64,000 nucleotides of DNA, from assembly GCA_963692915.1 (NCBI GenBank), contig OY843584.1, forward strand, positions 448,001 to 512,000. The letters run 5' to 3'. Position numbers and translations under genes: made by a program. This DNA is from Cenarchaeum sp. (GTDB taxonomy: Archaea > Thermoproteota > Nitrososphaeria > Nitrososphaerales > Nitrosopumilaceae). This document shows, piece by piece, positions 20,316 through 30,281 of the stretch (position 1 is the stretch's first letter; each line of letters starts with the position of its first letter). The notes under the pieces were generated by a model that worked only from the letters and a program-made list of their open reading frames with translations, was not told the DNA's origin and ran no database searches.

Positions 20316-20457
20316 TCCCTTTCACGCCTGACACCAGTACTCTAGAGGCCATGATGTGTGAGCACAGGCCGCAAAAATTCCCTTTTATCTCTTTTCAGGC
20401 ATAGCGGACGCCGGCATACGAAGCTATTTATTCAAAAAATCGAGCGTGTGGCGCACG

Positions 20458-20862
20458 ATGCCCATAAACAAGGAGCGCATTGAGGCTCGCAAGCGCGTCT
20501 CGGAGACGAGGCCGGACTTTGTGAGGCCGGAGAGCTGGAGGTATGTGAGGCTCCAGACCACGTGGCGCAAGCCCAAGGGGGTCGACAACCACCAGCGCAA
20601 GCAGCTCAGCCGTGGACGCCCTGGGCTCGTAAAGGCCGGATATGGCGGTCCGGTCGCCTCGCGTGGACTCCACCCTTCAGGATACACGGACAACCTTGTC
20701 CATAATGTGGCCGGCCTGGCCTCGATCGATCCAAAAACAGACGGCGTGCGCCTCGGCCACAGCGTCGGCAGGCGCAAGCGCCTGGCCATAGTGTCACGTG
20801 CCTCAGAGCTTGGCATCAAGGTGTTCAACGCAAGGGTGGAGCGAGTTGGTAGTAAATCTTAG
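20458..20862 (+). CDS. rpl32e: 50S ribosomal protein L32e
   Basis: RPDFVRPESWRY, WRKPKGVDNHQR, GLHPSG. Confidence 0.95.
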   Translation: MPINKERIEARKRVSETRPDFVRPESWRYVRLQTTWRKPKGVDNHQRKQLSRGRPGLVKAGYGGPVASRGLHPSGYTDNLVHNVAGLASIDPKTDGVRLGHSVGRRKRLAIVSRASELGIKVFNARVERVGSKS

Positions 20863-21292
20863 GGCCAAAAAGCTCCTCGTCTCCCGTGTGACCGGCGTGG
20901 GCACGGGGCGCATACGCTTCAACACCGAAAAGCTTGACGATATCGCAGACGCAATCACGCGTGAGAACGTGCGCAGCCTGATCACCGCAAACACGATACG
21001 CATAGTTCCGGCAAGCGGGACATCCCATGGCCGCGCCGACCAAAAGCGTGCGCAAAAGAAAAAGCGTGGCACTACGGCCGGCTCAAAGCGCGGACGCCAG
21101 GGTGCTCGCGTGGGCAAAAAGGAGAACCACGTCGCCAGGGTTCGCTCCCTGCGCAGGCTGCTAAAGATAGCAAAGGAGCGCAAGGAGATAACCAACGCCG
21201 AATTTTGGCGCCTTTATGGGCGTGTCGGCGGCAACCTTGTGAGGAACAAGGCGCACCTGCGATCGCTCATTGCCGAGTCCGTCTCGTCCTAG
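20846..21292 (+). CDS. rpl19e: 50S ribosomal protein L19e
   Basis: NLRAKKLLVSRVTGVG, AITRENVRSLI, GSKRGRQGAR; follows L32e. Confidence 0.93.
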   Translation: MVVNLRAKKLLVSRVTGVGTGRIRFNTEKLDDIADAITRENVRSLITANTIRIVPASGTSHGRADQKRAQKKKRGTTAGSKRGRQGARVGKKENHVARVRSLRRLLKIAKERKEITNAEFWRLYGRVGGNLVRNKAHLRSLIAESVSS

Positions 21293-21620
21293 CGCGCCGC
21301 CACGAGTGCCTTGCGTCGCCAAACTCGACAATCTTGCCGCGCCTCACCCTTATTCCCTCTAGTGTGAGCATACTCTCCTTTATGGCGCTTCCATGGGCAT
21401 ATCCGCCAAGCGTGCCGTCTGAGCGCACCACCCTGTGGCACGGCACCAGTCCAGGCCAGGGGTTCGTCGCCATCATGTTCCCGACTGCCCTCTGCCCGCC
21501 GGGAATGCCAGCCGCGCGAGCAAGGTCCGCATATGTCGTGACCTCGCCGCGCTTGACCTTTAGGAGCTCGCGGTACACCCTGGCGCGAGCGCTGCGCGGC
21601 TTTACGGCATCTGCGCTCAA
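21267..21620 (-). CDS. ogt: Methylated-DNA--protein-cysteine methyltransferase (MGMT)
   Basis: TTYADLA, RAVG, VPCHRVV active site. Confidence 0.92.
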   Translation of the reverse strand: MSADAVKPRSARARVYRELLKVKRGEVTTYADLARAAGIPGGQRAVGNMMATNPWPGLVPCHRVVRSDGTLGGYAHGSAIKESMLTLEGIRVRRGKIVEFGDARHSWRRARTRRTRQ

Positions 21621-22399
21621 AGGCGCACAACCTCGATTTCGGACTCTTGGAGCATTTCGAGTATGCGCGCCTTGTGCGGGCCCATGCCGCTCGCATCAAC
21701 GAGCGCAACGCGCGCACCGGCATTCCTGGCAAGTATGTGGTCCATCATCGTGCGGTCGACTAGCTCGAGTGCGCGCCTTGGGACTATTGTGCCGGGCGCA
21801 AACTCGCCGGTGGCAGCCTCGCGCGTAAACTTTTCCGGATAGTGCCCGCCGCCAAAGCATACGGCCTCCGGGCTTGGCGCACCGCTCTCGAGGAGCGCAC
21901 CGCGCAGGACATCTGCAACGCGCGCACACAGGTTGGCATCACGCCATTGCTCCTCACTAGTGCCGACCTCTACGAACGCCGAAGGGACGCGCAGCGCAGT
22001 CGGACCGTGGTGCGTCGCCTCTAGGGTCAGGTGGAACCCGTCAAATGCGCCACTGTTCTCCCAGAGCGCGCGAATGTGCCTCTTTATCAGCTGTGAGTGT
22101 GGAACCGCAACCTCGGCGTCGCGGCCTCCGGCCTGCGCGACGCCAAAGTTGCCCGTGCTGTGGCACGTCAGCGCAAGGCGCCCGGACGCCGCTGCGTGCC
22201 TGGAGAGAAACACGACCCTGTCATACTTGCCGCCCATGCCCTCCTCGAGCGTGTCGGCCTCTATGGCCGGCCCCTCTATGGCCATGATGTCAAACCCGCC
22301 GCACTCGGTGGACTCCCCCTGCGTGGGCGCCTGCCCGCCTAGGGCAGTGGCCATATTCACGCCTGCGGGGTCGTCCATGCCCACCACGAGGAGATCCAC
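21617..22399 (-). CDS. dtdA: Archaeal D-aminoacyl-tRNA deacylase (DTD2)
   Basis: DPAG, FLSRH, LTCHSTGN, EATHHGP, FVEVG, FGGGHY; GTG start inferred. Confidence 0.9.
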   Translation of the reverse strand: MDLLVVGMDDPAGVNMATALGGQAPTQGESTECGGFDIMAIEGPAIEADTLEEGMGGKYDRVVFLSRHAAASGRLALTCHSTGNFGVAQAGGRDAEVAVPHSQLIKRHIRALWENSGAFDGFHLTLEATHHGPTALRVPSAFVEVGTSEEQWRDANLCARVADVLRGALLESGAPSPEAVCFGGGHYPEKFTREAATGEFAPGTIVPRRALELVDRTMMDHILARNAGARVALVDASGMGPHKARILEMLQESEIEVVRL

Positions 22400-22442
22400 T
22401 GGACAAAAGATATAAGGACACAATATTAACTTGCGTGCGTCA

Positions 22443-22616
22443 ATGAACCCAAAGCAGACGTTCAAGAACATGGCCAACACCGTCAAGATGGCCAAAAAGT
22501 CCGATCGTGACGACTATATGCAGCATATGCGCCTGGTACTCCTCGGCATAGGGTGCGTGGGCTCTATAGGGTTTATCATCCAGTTCGTCTTTTCGGTGAT
22601 CACGTATGGAAACTAG
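22443..22616 (+). CDS. secE: Protein translocase SecE / Sec61-gamma
   Basis: Amphipathic helix, MAKKSDRDDY, single TM with GSIGFII; directly upstream of spt5. Confidence 0.88.
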   Translation: MNPKQTFKNMANTVKMAKKSDRDDYMQHMRLVLLGIGCVGSIGFIIQFVFSVITYGN

Positions 22617-23073
22617 CGCGGCTTCTGAACACTCTCACCTCTTTGCGATAAAGACCACGGGAGGCCAGGAAAAGGTCGTCATGAACATGCTTGAGGCAAA
22701 GACGCGCCTTGGCAAGGTTGGAATACAGTCTGTCCTGCTAGTCGACAACCTAAAGGGTTATGTCGTTATCGAGGCTGCAGACCCAAACCTCGCGTACAGC
22801 GCAATCGATGGCGTGAGGCACATACGCGGACAGCTTCGTGGAGAGCTCGACTTTAAGGACATCGAGGGCTATCTCATAAAAAAGTCGTCTGCCTCGCAGC
22901 TTGCAATTGACTCGACTGTCGAGATTACGGGCGGGCCATTCAAGGGCATGAAGGCAACAGTCAGTCGCATAGACGCCGAAAAGGAGGAGGCCACTGTGGT
23001 TCTCCTAGATGCGGCATACTCGCTTCCGGTCACAGTCGACGCAAACTACCTAAAGCCCTCACAGCCCACGTGA
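22606..23073 (+). CDS. spt5: Transcription elongation factor Spt5/NusG
   Basis: KTTGGQE, LKGYVVIEA, KOW motif VEITGGPFKG. Confidence 0.95.
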   Translation: METSAASEHSHLFAIKTTGGQEKVVMNMLEAKTRLGKVGIQSVLLVDNLKGYVVIEAADPNLAYSAIDGVRHIRGQLRGELDFKDIEGYLIKKSSASQLAIDSTVEITGGPFKGMKATVSRIDAEKEEATVVLLDAAYSLPVTVDANYLKPSQPT

Positions 23074-23118
23074 TTGCGGGCAAGGGTTTAATTTGAAGCG
23101 TGGATCGCATTTCGTGCG

Positions 23119-24225
23119 TTGGAAGAGACACTCGAGTCGTTCTTTAGCTTTGGTGATGACACCAGCACGCTTCTCACGCTGGTCTGGATACTCCCAGTGA
23201 TCATCTTTGTGTTTTACGGACAGAGAATACAGCTATACATAACGTCCGGCGAGATTGGCAAAAAGATAAGCAAGCTGGGGGGATACACGAGCGAGTCCAG
23301 GGATGAGATTGTCCGACACGCCGAGACGGCTATTGCGCCTGGACTCAGGGACAGGATTGACAGGTTTCTTGACTATTTCACAATAGTGCCAATCGACATG
23401 GATCCCGCAGGGATGGTCGAGCGCGTGCGCCATGTGATCCGCTCGCGTGATGACTCGACTAGGGCGCACATTGCGTCACTTGCAAAGGACATGCCCGAGT
23501 TCGAGATAGCCCGCACACAGGCGCTAGTGGAGGTATGCGCGACGCTCAAGTCCCTCCATGCGATGGTGACACACCTCTTTCTCACTGCAAAGAGGCAGAA
23601 CAACTATCCGCTCATACTCCCGCTGCAGATGATGCTGCCGTTTGTCATGGAGCAGGCCGATGGGCTGCGTGCTGCCATGGGCGCATTTGCAAAGTGCGTG
23701 CCCATAGGTGACGGGATAGGGCCGATGGTCGTAGGCTCCATGATGGGTGGCCTGGAAAAGCGCGAGGTGGCGTTTCAGACCGTCGCAGCTGACACGGATC
23801 TCGACGGGAGGCGCCTGGTTCTCATAAAGGCGCGCGGGCCCATACCGACGGTGGGCCGGCTAGAGGAGGCGCTAGCCCCGATGGTCAGCACAACACGGCC
23901 TGATGCCATAGTCATGGTCGACGCTGCCCTAAAGCTTGAGGGCGAGGAGTCTGGCACCGTCGCGCACGGGTTTGGCGCTGCGATGGGGGGCAGTGGGGCC
24001 GAGAGGGCCTCGATCGAGGCACTGGCCACGCGCGAGCGCATCCCTGTCTACTCTGTGGTAGTCAAGGTGTCGATAACTGAGGCGCTCTCGCCAATGTCCG
24101 AAACCATTGCAAAGTCGTCAGCCGTGGCAACAGACGCAGTAAGGGACGCCATACTGGACAACACGCGCAGCGGCGAGCTCGTCGCAGTCATGGGCGTGGG
24201 CAACACGTCAGGGGTGCTGCAATGA
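23119..24225 (+). CDS. DUF1512 family protein
   Basis: N-terminal TM, PIDMDPAG, PIGDGIGP, VDAALKLEGE, GVGNTSGV. Confidence 0.85.
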   Translation: MEETLESFFSFGDDTSTLLTLVWILPVIIFVFYGQRIQLYITSGEIGKKISKLGGYTSESRDEIVRHAETAIAPGLRDRIDRFLDYFTIVPIDMDPAGMVERVRHVIRSRDDSTRAHIASLAKDMPEFEIARTQALVEVCATLKSLHAMVTHLFLTAKRQNNYPLILPLQMMLPFVMEQADGLRAAMGAFAKCVPIGDGIGPMVVGSMMGGLEKREVAFQTVAADTDLDGRRLVLIKARGPIPTVGRLEEALAPMVSTTRPDAIVMVDAALKLEGEESGTVAHGFGAAMGGSGAERASIEALATRERIPVYSVVVKVSITEALSPMSETIAKSSAVATDAVRDAILDNTRSGELVAVMGVGNTSGVLQ

Positions 24226-24416
24226 GGCTTCCATGGTCGCGACGCGAGCCCCCAAAGGTTCTGCTTACTGCCATCTGGTGCGATTCGTGCTCTGGAACAG
24301 AGACGCGCGAGCACGCCGACAGTGATGCCGTGTTTGGCGACGCAAAGTGCCCCAAGTGCAACGGCGCAGCGCGCATCACTATGGTGTACTCTGGCTCTCC
24401 GACGGGATCGTCGTGA
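24222..24416 (+). CDS. Small Zn-ribbon protein
   Basis: CDSC-x21-CPKC; ATGA overlap with the DUF1512 gene. Confidence 0.7.
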   Translation: MRLPWSRREPPKVLLTAIWCDSCSGTETREHADSDAVFGDAKCPKCNGAARITMVYSGSPTGSS

Positions 24417-25290
24417 TCGTCGCGTGGCCGTCCTCGGCGATAAACGTGTGCTCTGCCTGCGCAACCCTCTGTCCTGCGGCCTCGACGAGAACCGCGTATG
24501 CGTGCACGGCTCTTGACTTGACCAGGATGTCAAGGAGGCGTCCGGCCTCGTCGGCCTCCCAGCGCTCAAGCCACCTGCGAGCAAACGGGAGCGCGTTGAA
24601 CTTTTCCCATATGTAGTTCAGCATCTCGTTTGCAGCATCGTCCTTTGCCTTTTTTCTTGACACAAGCGCAAATATGTTCTTTGTCTTGCCATCGCGCACA
24701 AACCCCAATCCCTTTGACGTTGTGACAAACGGCTCGCATGCGTATGCTGCCCCCTCGTCAAGGGATGATGAGCGCACCGCCCACGTGTTGGGTATTGACT
24801 TGCCCGCATGCAGCTCGTACTGGTCAAGGGAATGCCCTGTCAGGTTTGCTATTGGCTTGCACGAGTGGCGCTTGATGGTGCGCTCTATGGTGCGCCCAAT
24901 GTCGCGTGTCTTGGCACCGGCCTGCACAACTGCCATGGCCTCACTTAGCGCATCCTCGGCAGCATTGACTATCCCGTCATAGTCAGGATCCATGTTCACC
25001 GTCACGGCAGTGTCCGCAATGTAGCCGTCAATGTGGGCACCCATGTCGACCTTTACCGTGTCTGACTCGCCGATAACTAGCGTGTCATCAGGCTCGGCCG
25101 TATAGTGTGCGGCGACATTGTTGACACTGATGTTTACGGGAAATGCGCACTCGGCGCCTCGCCTGCGTATGTCCGCCTCGACGCCCTCGCAGATCTCAAG
25201 GGCAGTCTTGCCCCTGAGGTCCATGCCCCGGACAGTCTCCCTTGCCGCAGACGCTATCTTGCCTGCCTTGACATACTCGTCGCGTCCCAT
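24379..25290 (-). CDS. map: Methionine aminopeptidase type II
   Basis: AFPVNIS..AAHYT, DMGAHIDGYIADTA, NLTGH, ACEPF, AQAEHT. Confidence 0.95.
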   Translation of the reverse strand: MGRDEYVKAGKIASAARETVRGMDLRGKTALEICEGVEADIRRRGAECAFPVNISVNNVAAHYTAEPDDTLVIGESDTVKVDMGAHIDGYIADTAVTVNMDPDYDGIVNAAEDALSEAMAVVQAGAKTRDIGRTIERTIKRHSCKPIANLTGHSLDQYELHAGKSIPNTWAVRSSSLDEGAAYACEPFVTTSKGLGFVRDGKTKNIFALVSRKKAKDDAANEMLNYIWEKFNALPFARRWLERWEADEAGRLLDILVKSRAVHAYAVLVEAAGQRVAQAEHTFIAEDGHATITTIPSESQSTP

Positions 25291-25380
25291 GGATCGCGCC
25301 CGCCGGGGGTCTATATTTAATGAAACCGCGTCATATGCCATGGCAGGGTTAAATTGGGGCGCCGCTCGCGCCGCCGTGCT

Positions 25381-25457
25381 GGGATTGTAGTCTAGCATGG
25401 TATGATTCTGGTTTTGGGTACCAGAGGCCGCAGGTTCAAGTCCTGCCAATCCCACCA
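25381..25457 (+). tRNA. tRNA-Pro(TGG)
   Basis: GGGATTG/CAATCCC acceptor, CTGGT-TTTGGGT-ACCAG anticodon arm, GCAGG-TTCAAGT-CCTGC T arm, encoded CCA. Confidence 0.95.
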
Positions 25458-25589
25458 TCCATGTGACACCCCTGGGCACGATCAGGCACACGCCGCGCAT
25501 GCCCGTTCCGCCGTGGGGACTCGGGCACACCAAAGGGCACCCGTCTGCGCAATACGGTTTATTTATGCGACCCTGAGCCACGCCTGCTG

Positions 25590-25916
25590 ATGGCACAGAC
25601 GCAGGTAAGCGGCGTGATGGGCTCGATCAGGTCAGTGGAGACTGGCATTGACGAGCTTGGCGGGCGCGTCGCGGACATGAAAAAGTCACTGGCCTCCAAG
25701 GCCTCCTCCGAGTCTGATGCCTTGATGGGGCGTGTGCGCGAGATGGCCACTGCCGAGGCCAAGTCGATAGTCGACAAGGCTCGCAAGGACGCCGAATCCG
25801 AGTCAGCGCGCATAAAGAGCGAGGGCGATGCCCGCCTGGCTGACATACAGTCGCGCATCGACTCCAACCTTGGCGACGCCGTCAACTATGCCGTCTCGGA
25901 GATACTCAAGGCATAG
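25590..25916 (+). CDS. A/V-type ATPase subunit H/G-like helical protein
   Basis: 108-aa Ala/Glu/Lys-rich helix with EAKSIVDKARKDAESE and C-terminal AVNYAVSEIL. Confidence 0.55.
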   Translation: MAQTQVSGVMGSIRSVETGIDELGGRVADMKKSLASKASSESDALMGRVREMATAEAKSIVDKARKDAESESARIKSEGDARLADIQSRIDSNLGDAVNYAVSEILKA

Positions 25917-25944
25917 CGCCGCGGCTCCGTCAGGCTCTGACGGT

Positions 25945-26595
25945 ATGCTGCTGCGTGACGCAAGGATAGCAGTCGCCACGGCACACGGCAGGCACTATTA
26001 CAGGTTTGTGAGATCGTTGCGCGCACTTGGAGTTCGTTTTGACTCGATCACCCCGTCTCGCATGTCCGGATACGGGGGAGATCTCGTGCTCTCCACGCGC
26101 GCCGAGACCCCTGCGGGACTGCACGTTCCAGTGCTGCACGAGGAGACATCCGAGACGCACCCCGTGCTGTTATGCGGGATGATCATGCAAAAGCTAGGTC
26201 ATCGACCACTTGGTGATGATCTTGTGCTAGGAGTTGATCCTGGCAGCCGCACAGGCCTGTCGATCTTTTACTGTGGGCGCGAGATTGGCACGTCGTTTCA
26301 CACGTCCGTTGACGAGCTTGTGTCGCACATGATCGACCTCATGGTTGGCCTTGGAGCACGAAAAAAGACTGTCAGGATTGGCAGCGGCAACATGGCCGTG
26401 ACAAAAAAGATATGCGACCTGCTAAACCTGCGGTTCTGCTCGTCATTTGATCTCGAGCTGGTTGATGAGCACGGGACTAGCCCACGCACGCGCCGCCTCA
26501 ACCGGCGCGGCACGAGGGACATGCTGTCTGCACGGAGCATTGCCCAGAGAGCCGGAAAAAAACGCACCGTCCTGCCGCACTCGGTGCCTGCCTAG
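25945..26595 (+). CDS. Hypothetical protein with a YqgF/RNase H-like domain
   Basis: LVLGVDPGSRTG, VRIGSG, LVDEHGTS, RDMLSARSIA. Confidence 0.7.
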   Translation: MLLRDARIAVATAHGRHYYRFVRSLRALGVRFDSITPSRMSGYGGDLVLSTRAETPAGLHVPVLHEETSETHPVLLCGMIMQKLGHRPLGDDLVLGVDPGSRTGLSIFYCGREIGTSFHTSVDELVSHMIDLMVGLGARKKTVRIGSGNMAVTKKICDLLNLRFCSSFDLELVDEHGTSPRTRRLNRRGTRDMLSARSIAQRAGKKRTVLPHSVPA

Positions 26596-27302
26596 GACTG
26601 TTCAGGCGCGTCGCGCTTTACATAGATATAGTTCATGAGGACACCGGCAATGATTCCTCCGACTATGGGCGCGACCCAGTACATCCAGTGAAACTCCCAC
26701 ACGCCAGAAAAGACGGCCGGTCCGAATGACCTTGCGGGGTTTACTGACGCGCCAGTCAGGGGAACGCCTACCAGGTGGATGATCGTAACGATGCCGCCGA
26801 CGATAAAGCCGTGCCATCCGGCAGGCGCCTTTCTGTGGACAATCCCCATGAATATGGCAAGAACCAGAAAGAACGTCAGTATGACCTCGACTAGGAACCC
26901 CGAGGCGACGCTGTTCCCGATGATCTCACTCGGGCCGGTGTGGCCGGCAAAGGCCACAGTCCTTGCAAGGTCTGGCATTATGGCAGCAATTGTCGCCGAT
27001 GCTATCACGGCACCGGCTATCTGAGCCCCCACATAGCCGATCCCCTCGCGGACGCTAATCTTCCTCGTGATGACCATGGGTATCGTGACTGCGGGGTTGA
27101 TGTGCGCGCCTGATATGTGCCCAAAGGCGTACACCATGATCCCAATAATGCCGCCGTGCGTGAGCGATATGAGCAGCAGTCCCTCGTTTGTCATCTCTCC
27201 GCCGCCATAGACGGCCACGCCCAGAACGACTGAGAGCGATCCAAAGAACACTAGCGCGTACGTCGCTATCGCCTCGGCGATCCATGCTCTTGGGCCGTTC
27301 AC
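26592..27302 (-). CDS. Aquaporin (MIP family)
   Basis: ISGAHINPAVT and SVNPARSFGP NPA motifs. Confidence 0.95.
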   Translation of the reverse strand: MNGPRAWIAEAIATYALVFFGSLSVVLGVAVYGGGEMTNEGLLLISLTHGGIIGIMVYAFGHISGAHINPAVTIPMVITRKISVREGIGYVGAQIAGAVIASATIAAIMPDLARTVAFAGHTGPSEIIGNSVASGFLVEVILTFFLVLAIFMGIVHRKAPAGWHGFIVGGIVTIIHLVGVPLTGASVNPARSFGPAVFSGVWEFHWMYWVAPIVGGIIAGVLMNYIYVKRDAPEQS

Positions 27303-27450
27303 GAGCCAAATTGGAAGATCCAGTGCTTATAAAGCCATCGACAACTGCGATCATCTGGGGGCAGAACCGTGTCAATGCTGCTCTGATCATAGGTTGACAC
27401 GGCGCACGCAAGCCTTAATTTTGACAGCGCCGTCGCCGCCTCTGCACACA

Positions 27451-28257
27451 ATGACAGCAAGGAGATTGCGGCCGCGGGTCGCGCGCAAACCGAGACGCGC
27501 CATCCCGCGCATATCCACCCGTGGCACGTATGACCTGAGGACAGGCGCTGCCCTAAAGCGTGCAACACGCTACACCGTGTGGCCTCGGGCAAAATTTGAC
27601 GCGTCTGCGGCCGTGTCGCCTGAGATCGCCATTGTTGTCCATGGCATGAGAAACAACCGTGTCGGAGCCGCCGACAAGTTTGCAATCGCGCAGAGGCGCC
27701 TGCGCTCCCTGGGATACAAGTTTCCCATAGTGGGGTATACGTATGATGCTGACGTCCGCGGCGCACACTCGGCAGCAACGGAGGCCAGGGCGCTTCGCAC
27801 TGCTGAGGCAATAGCGGTGCGCAACGGCCGGCACCTCGCGGCGTTCATCGCTGATCACGTGGCGGCGCACCCGCATGTGCGCATCCGCCTCATTGGCCAC
27901 TCGCTTGGATCGCTGGTAATAGACAGCGCGCTGCGCCGCCTCGATTCCCTAAAGACAGGATCCAACGCAGTGGAGAGCGTTCACCTCTTTGGGGCATCCC
28001 TCGGGGTCGCACGCGCCGCCTCTGCACAGTCGCGGCACGCAGTCAGGCGCGTCGTGCGCCGCCGCCTAGTCAACTGCTACTGCCCGACTGACGAGGTCCT
28101 TCGCCACTCTGCAGACGCCGGTGACATTGATGCGCCAGTTGGCCTTGTGGGCCTGCCGACCCCGCGCAGGCTGCCTGCGCACTATGCGCAGCGGCGCCTC
28201 TATCCGCGCAACCACAGATTTGCAAGCTATGTGGCCGCATTGCGCTCGTTTCCCTGA
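27451..28257 (+). CDS. Alpha/beta hydrolase-fold protein (DUF726-like)
   Basis: IVVHG, GHSLG nucleophile elbow, VHLFGAS, C-terminal NHRF. Confidence 0.75.
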   Translation: MTARRLRPRVARKPRRAIPRISTRGTYDLRTGAALKRATRYTVWPRAKFDASAAVSPEIAIVVHGMRNNRVGAADKFAIAQRRLRSLGYKFPIVGYTYDADVRGAHSAATEARALRTAEAIAVRNGRHLAAFIADHVAAHPHVRIRLIGHSLGSLVIDSALRRLDSLKTGSNAVESVHLFGASLGVARAASAQSRHAVRRVVRRRLVNCYCPTDEVLRHSADAGDIDAPVGLVGLPTPRRLPAHYAQRRLYPRNHRFASYVAALRSFP

Positions 28258-28263
28258 GGCGCG

Positions 28264-29286
28264 CTAGAACCACTTGTCAAGGTTGTTCGCCTGCCTCTCC
28301 TTGGCCTTTTGCAGCCTGGATAGCGATGCGGACACCCTCTCCTCTGAAAAGCTCCGCTCGCCGGCAAGGTATGCTACTATGGCCTTGACGTCAACGTCAC
28401 CGGGGCTCAGGTCAGCCTCGCACGCCTCGGGCTCATCGAGGAATATCTTTCGTATTGCACCATGGTCAATCTCCGCAAGCTCGTCGGCGATGCTTGGGAT
28501 GTCCTCGAGGCGCCCGTGCTCCCTGATGAGCTTTATTGCAGTCTTTGGCCCAATCCTCGTAAATCCGTCAGGGTTAAAGTCAGTTCCAACGAGTATTCCG
28601 ACATCGACTAGTTGCTCGCGCGTTATTCCCAGCGAGTCAAGCGTCTTTTGCGCGCTTATCGTCTCTATCTCGACGTCAACGTATGTGTTTCGGTTTGGCA
28701 GCTTGCGCCTCCCGCTTAGGCTAAAGTTCCTCACGAGGCGTGTTGCGCCAAAGAGCACAGAGTCATAGTCCTGGCTTGCCGACGCGTATGCCTGGCCAGT
28801 TCTTGTCAGATATGCGGCAAATGCCTCTCCTTCCGATGGCGCCTCCACGCACGGTATGCCAAACATTCCGAGCAGCTTTTTTGCGTCAGCTACCATCTCG
28901 TCTCGCATTGCCGTGGTCTGTTGCGCATACTTTTTGGCTGACTCCATGTCGCCCTCGCGCACGGCCTTTTCGTACTTTATGGCCGCGTCCTTTTTTGCGC
29001 TGCGCCTCCTTTCTATCTCGGCGGCCTTTAGCGACGGCGGCCTGCCATCAAAGACGTACACGGGCTTGACCCCGCCGGAGAGGAACTTTATGTTGCGATA
29101 GAACAGGCCGGCGAGATGGCTAGTCGTGCGTCCGCGCGCATCTGCCAGAGGCGCGCCGTCGGCACCGCGTATGGACGCCATGAACTGGTACATTGCATTG
29201 TATGCGTCAATGGCCACGGTCTTTGACATGAACGCCTCCATGCTCGACTTTTCCCTGACTACCAGGGGCTTTAGGTCAAGGCCCAT
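28264..29286 (-). CDS. fen: Flap endonuclease 1
   Basis: [41 protein letters not shown]-terminal PIP-like QANNLDKWF. Confidence 0.96.
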   Translation of the reverse strand: MGLDLKPLVVREKSSMEAFMSKTVAIDAYNAMYQFMASIRGADGAPLADARGRTTSHLAGLFYRNIKFLSGGVKPVYVFDGRPPSLKAAEIERRRSAKKDAAIKYEKAVREGDMESAKKYAQQTTAMRDEMVADAKKLLGMFGIPCVEAPSEGEAFAAYLTRTGQAYASASQDYDSVLFGATRLVRNFSLSGRRKLPNRNTYVDVEIETISAQKTLDSLGITREQLVDVGILVGTDFNPDGFTRIGPKTAIKLIREHGRLEDIPSIADELAEIDHGAIRKIFLDEPEACEADLSPGDVDVKAIVAYLAGERSFSEERVSASLSRLQKAKERQANNLDKWF

Positions 29287-29431
29287 GCGCACGGCCCTGA
29301 TGGTGTCCTAATTTGTGTATGTCGGACAGGTCGTGATTGGCTTCCCCTGGCAGGGCTCGTGCGCCACTTGCCTGTACCCGTGCGTAAGGTTGGCGCCTTT
29401 CTATATTAAGGAGTGTGCCTGCGTGCGGCAC

Positions 29432-29530
29432 GCCGGGTTAGCCAAGTGGTTACGGCGATCGCCTCGAGATCCAACAGGTGAGCGATTGCGCTTACGGCGC
29501 GCAAGGGTTCGAATCCCTTACCCGGCGCCA
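29432..29530 (+). tRNA. tRNA-Ser(CGA) with a 12-nt intron at 37/38 (29469-29480)
   Basis: GCCGGGT/ACCCGGC acceptor, ATCGC/GCGAT anticodon stem split by ATCCAACAGGTG, long variable arm, G73, CCA. Confidence 0.9.
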
Positions 29531-29558
29531 ACCAATTCTGGCCTGGGACTGTATGTTT

Positions 29559-29635
29559 TGGTGCCGGGGGCGGGACTTGAACGCGCGACAGCTCGGTCTT
29601 CAGCCGAGTGCTCTCCCGGGCTGAGCTACCCCGGC
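29559..29635 (-). tRNA. tRNA-Phe(GAA)
   Basis: GCCGGGG/CCCCGGC acceptor, CTCGG-CTGAAGA-CCGAG anticodon arm, TTCAAGT loop, CCA. Confidence 0.93.
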
Positions 29636-29664
29636 ACGTGTCCATGCACGCCAGGCAGGCGTGA

Positions 29665-30207
29665 TTAAAGTGTGTCTTTGGCGCTCCACGTGCGCTCGGC
29701 GCAGCCATCGGCGGCATTGGCCGCGCGCGCCATGACAAAGAGGAGGTCTGATGCCCTATTGATGTATGCGAGGCACTCCTTGCGCGCGCCCTTGTGCACT
29801 AGCCCGACGGTGAGCGTCTCGGCGCGCCGCATGACAGTCCTCGCTAGGTGGAGGTGGGCGGCTGCAACACTGCCGCCGGGGAGGACAAAGTTGGAGAGCG
29901 GCTCGAGCTCCCCGTCGATCTCGTCGATGAACTCTTCGAGGCGGCTCACCATTGCGCCACTGACGAACACCTTGCCACCGCCTTTCTCGTCTGCCAGGTC
30001 TGCGCCGACTGTGAGCAGGTCGGCCTGCATTATGGTGAGCATCTCGGCGAGCCTTTTGCTCACGCCGTGCGATATGGCCACGCCGATGGCCGCGCTGGCC
30101 TCATCTACTGCGCCATAGGCCATGACGAGCGAGTCTGACTTTGAGACGCGCATGCCGTCTGGCAGGGCCGTCTGACCCGCATCACCCGTGCGTGTGTATA
30201 TGCGCAT
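29665..30207 (-). CDS. pduO: Cob(I)alamin adenosyltransferase, PduO type
   Basis: IYTRTGDAGQT, AYGAVDE, FVLPGG, RTVMRRAE, YINRASDLLF. Confidence 0.93.
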   Translation of the reverse strand: MRIYTRTGDAGQTALPDGMRVSKSDSLVMAYGAVDEASAAIGVAISHGVSKRLAEMLTIMQADLLTVGADLADEKGGGKVFVSGAMVSRLEEFIDEIDGELEPLSNFVLPGGSVAAAHLHLARTVMRRAETLTVGLVHKGARKECLAYINRASDLLFVMARAANAADGCAERTWSAKDTL

Positions 30208-30281
30208 TGCCGCGCCTGTGCGCGTGCCCTATATTATGGATTTTGAATCCTTTAATACGGGATCGTGTGTAGGGTGGCACG

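Noticed and set aside
29315-29738. ORFs of 117 aa (plus) and 110 aa (minus)
   Set aside because: They overlap two well-formed tRNA genes
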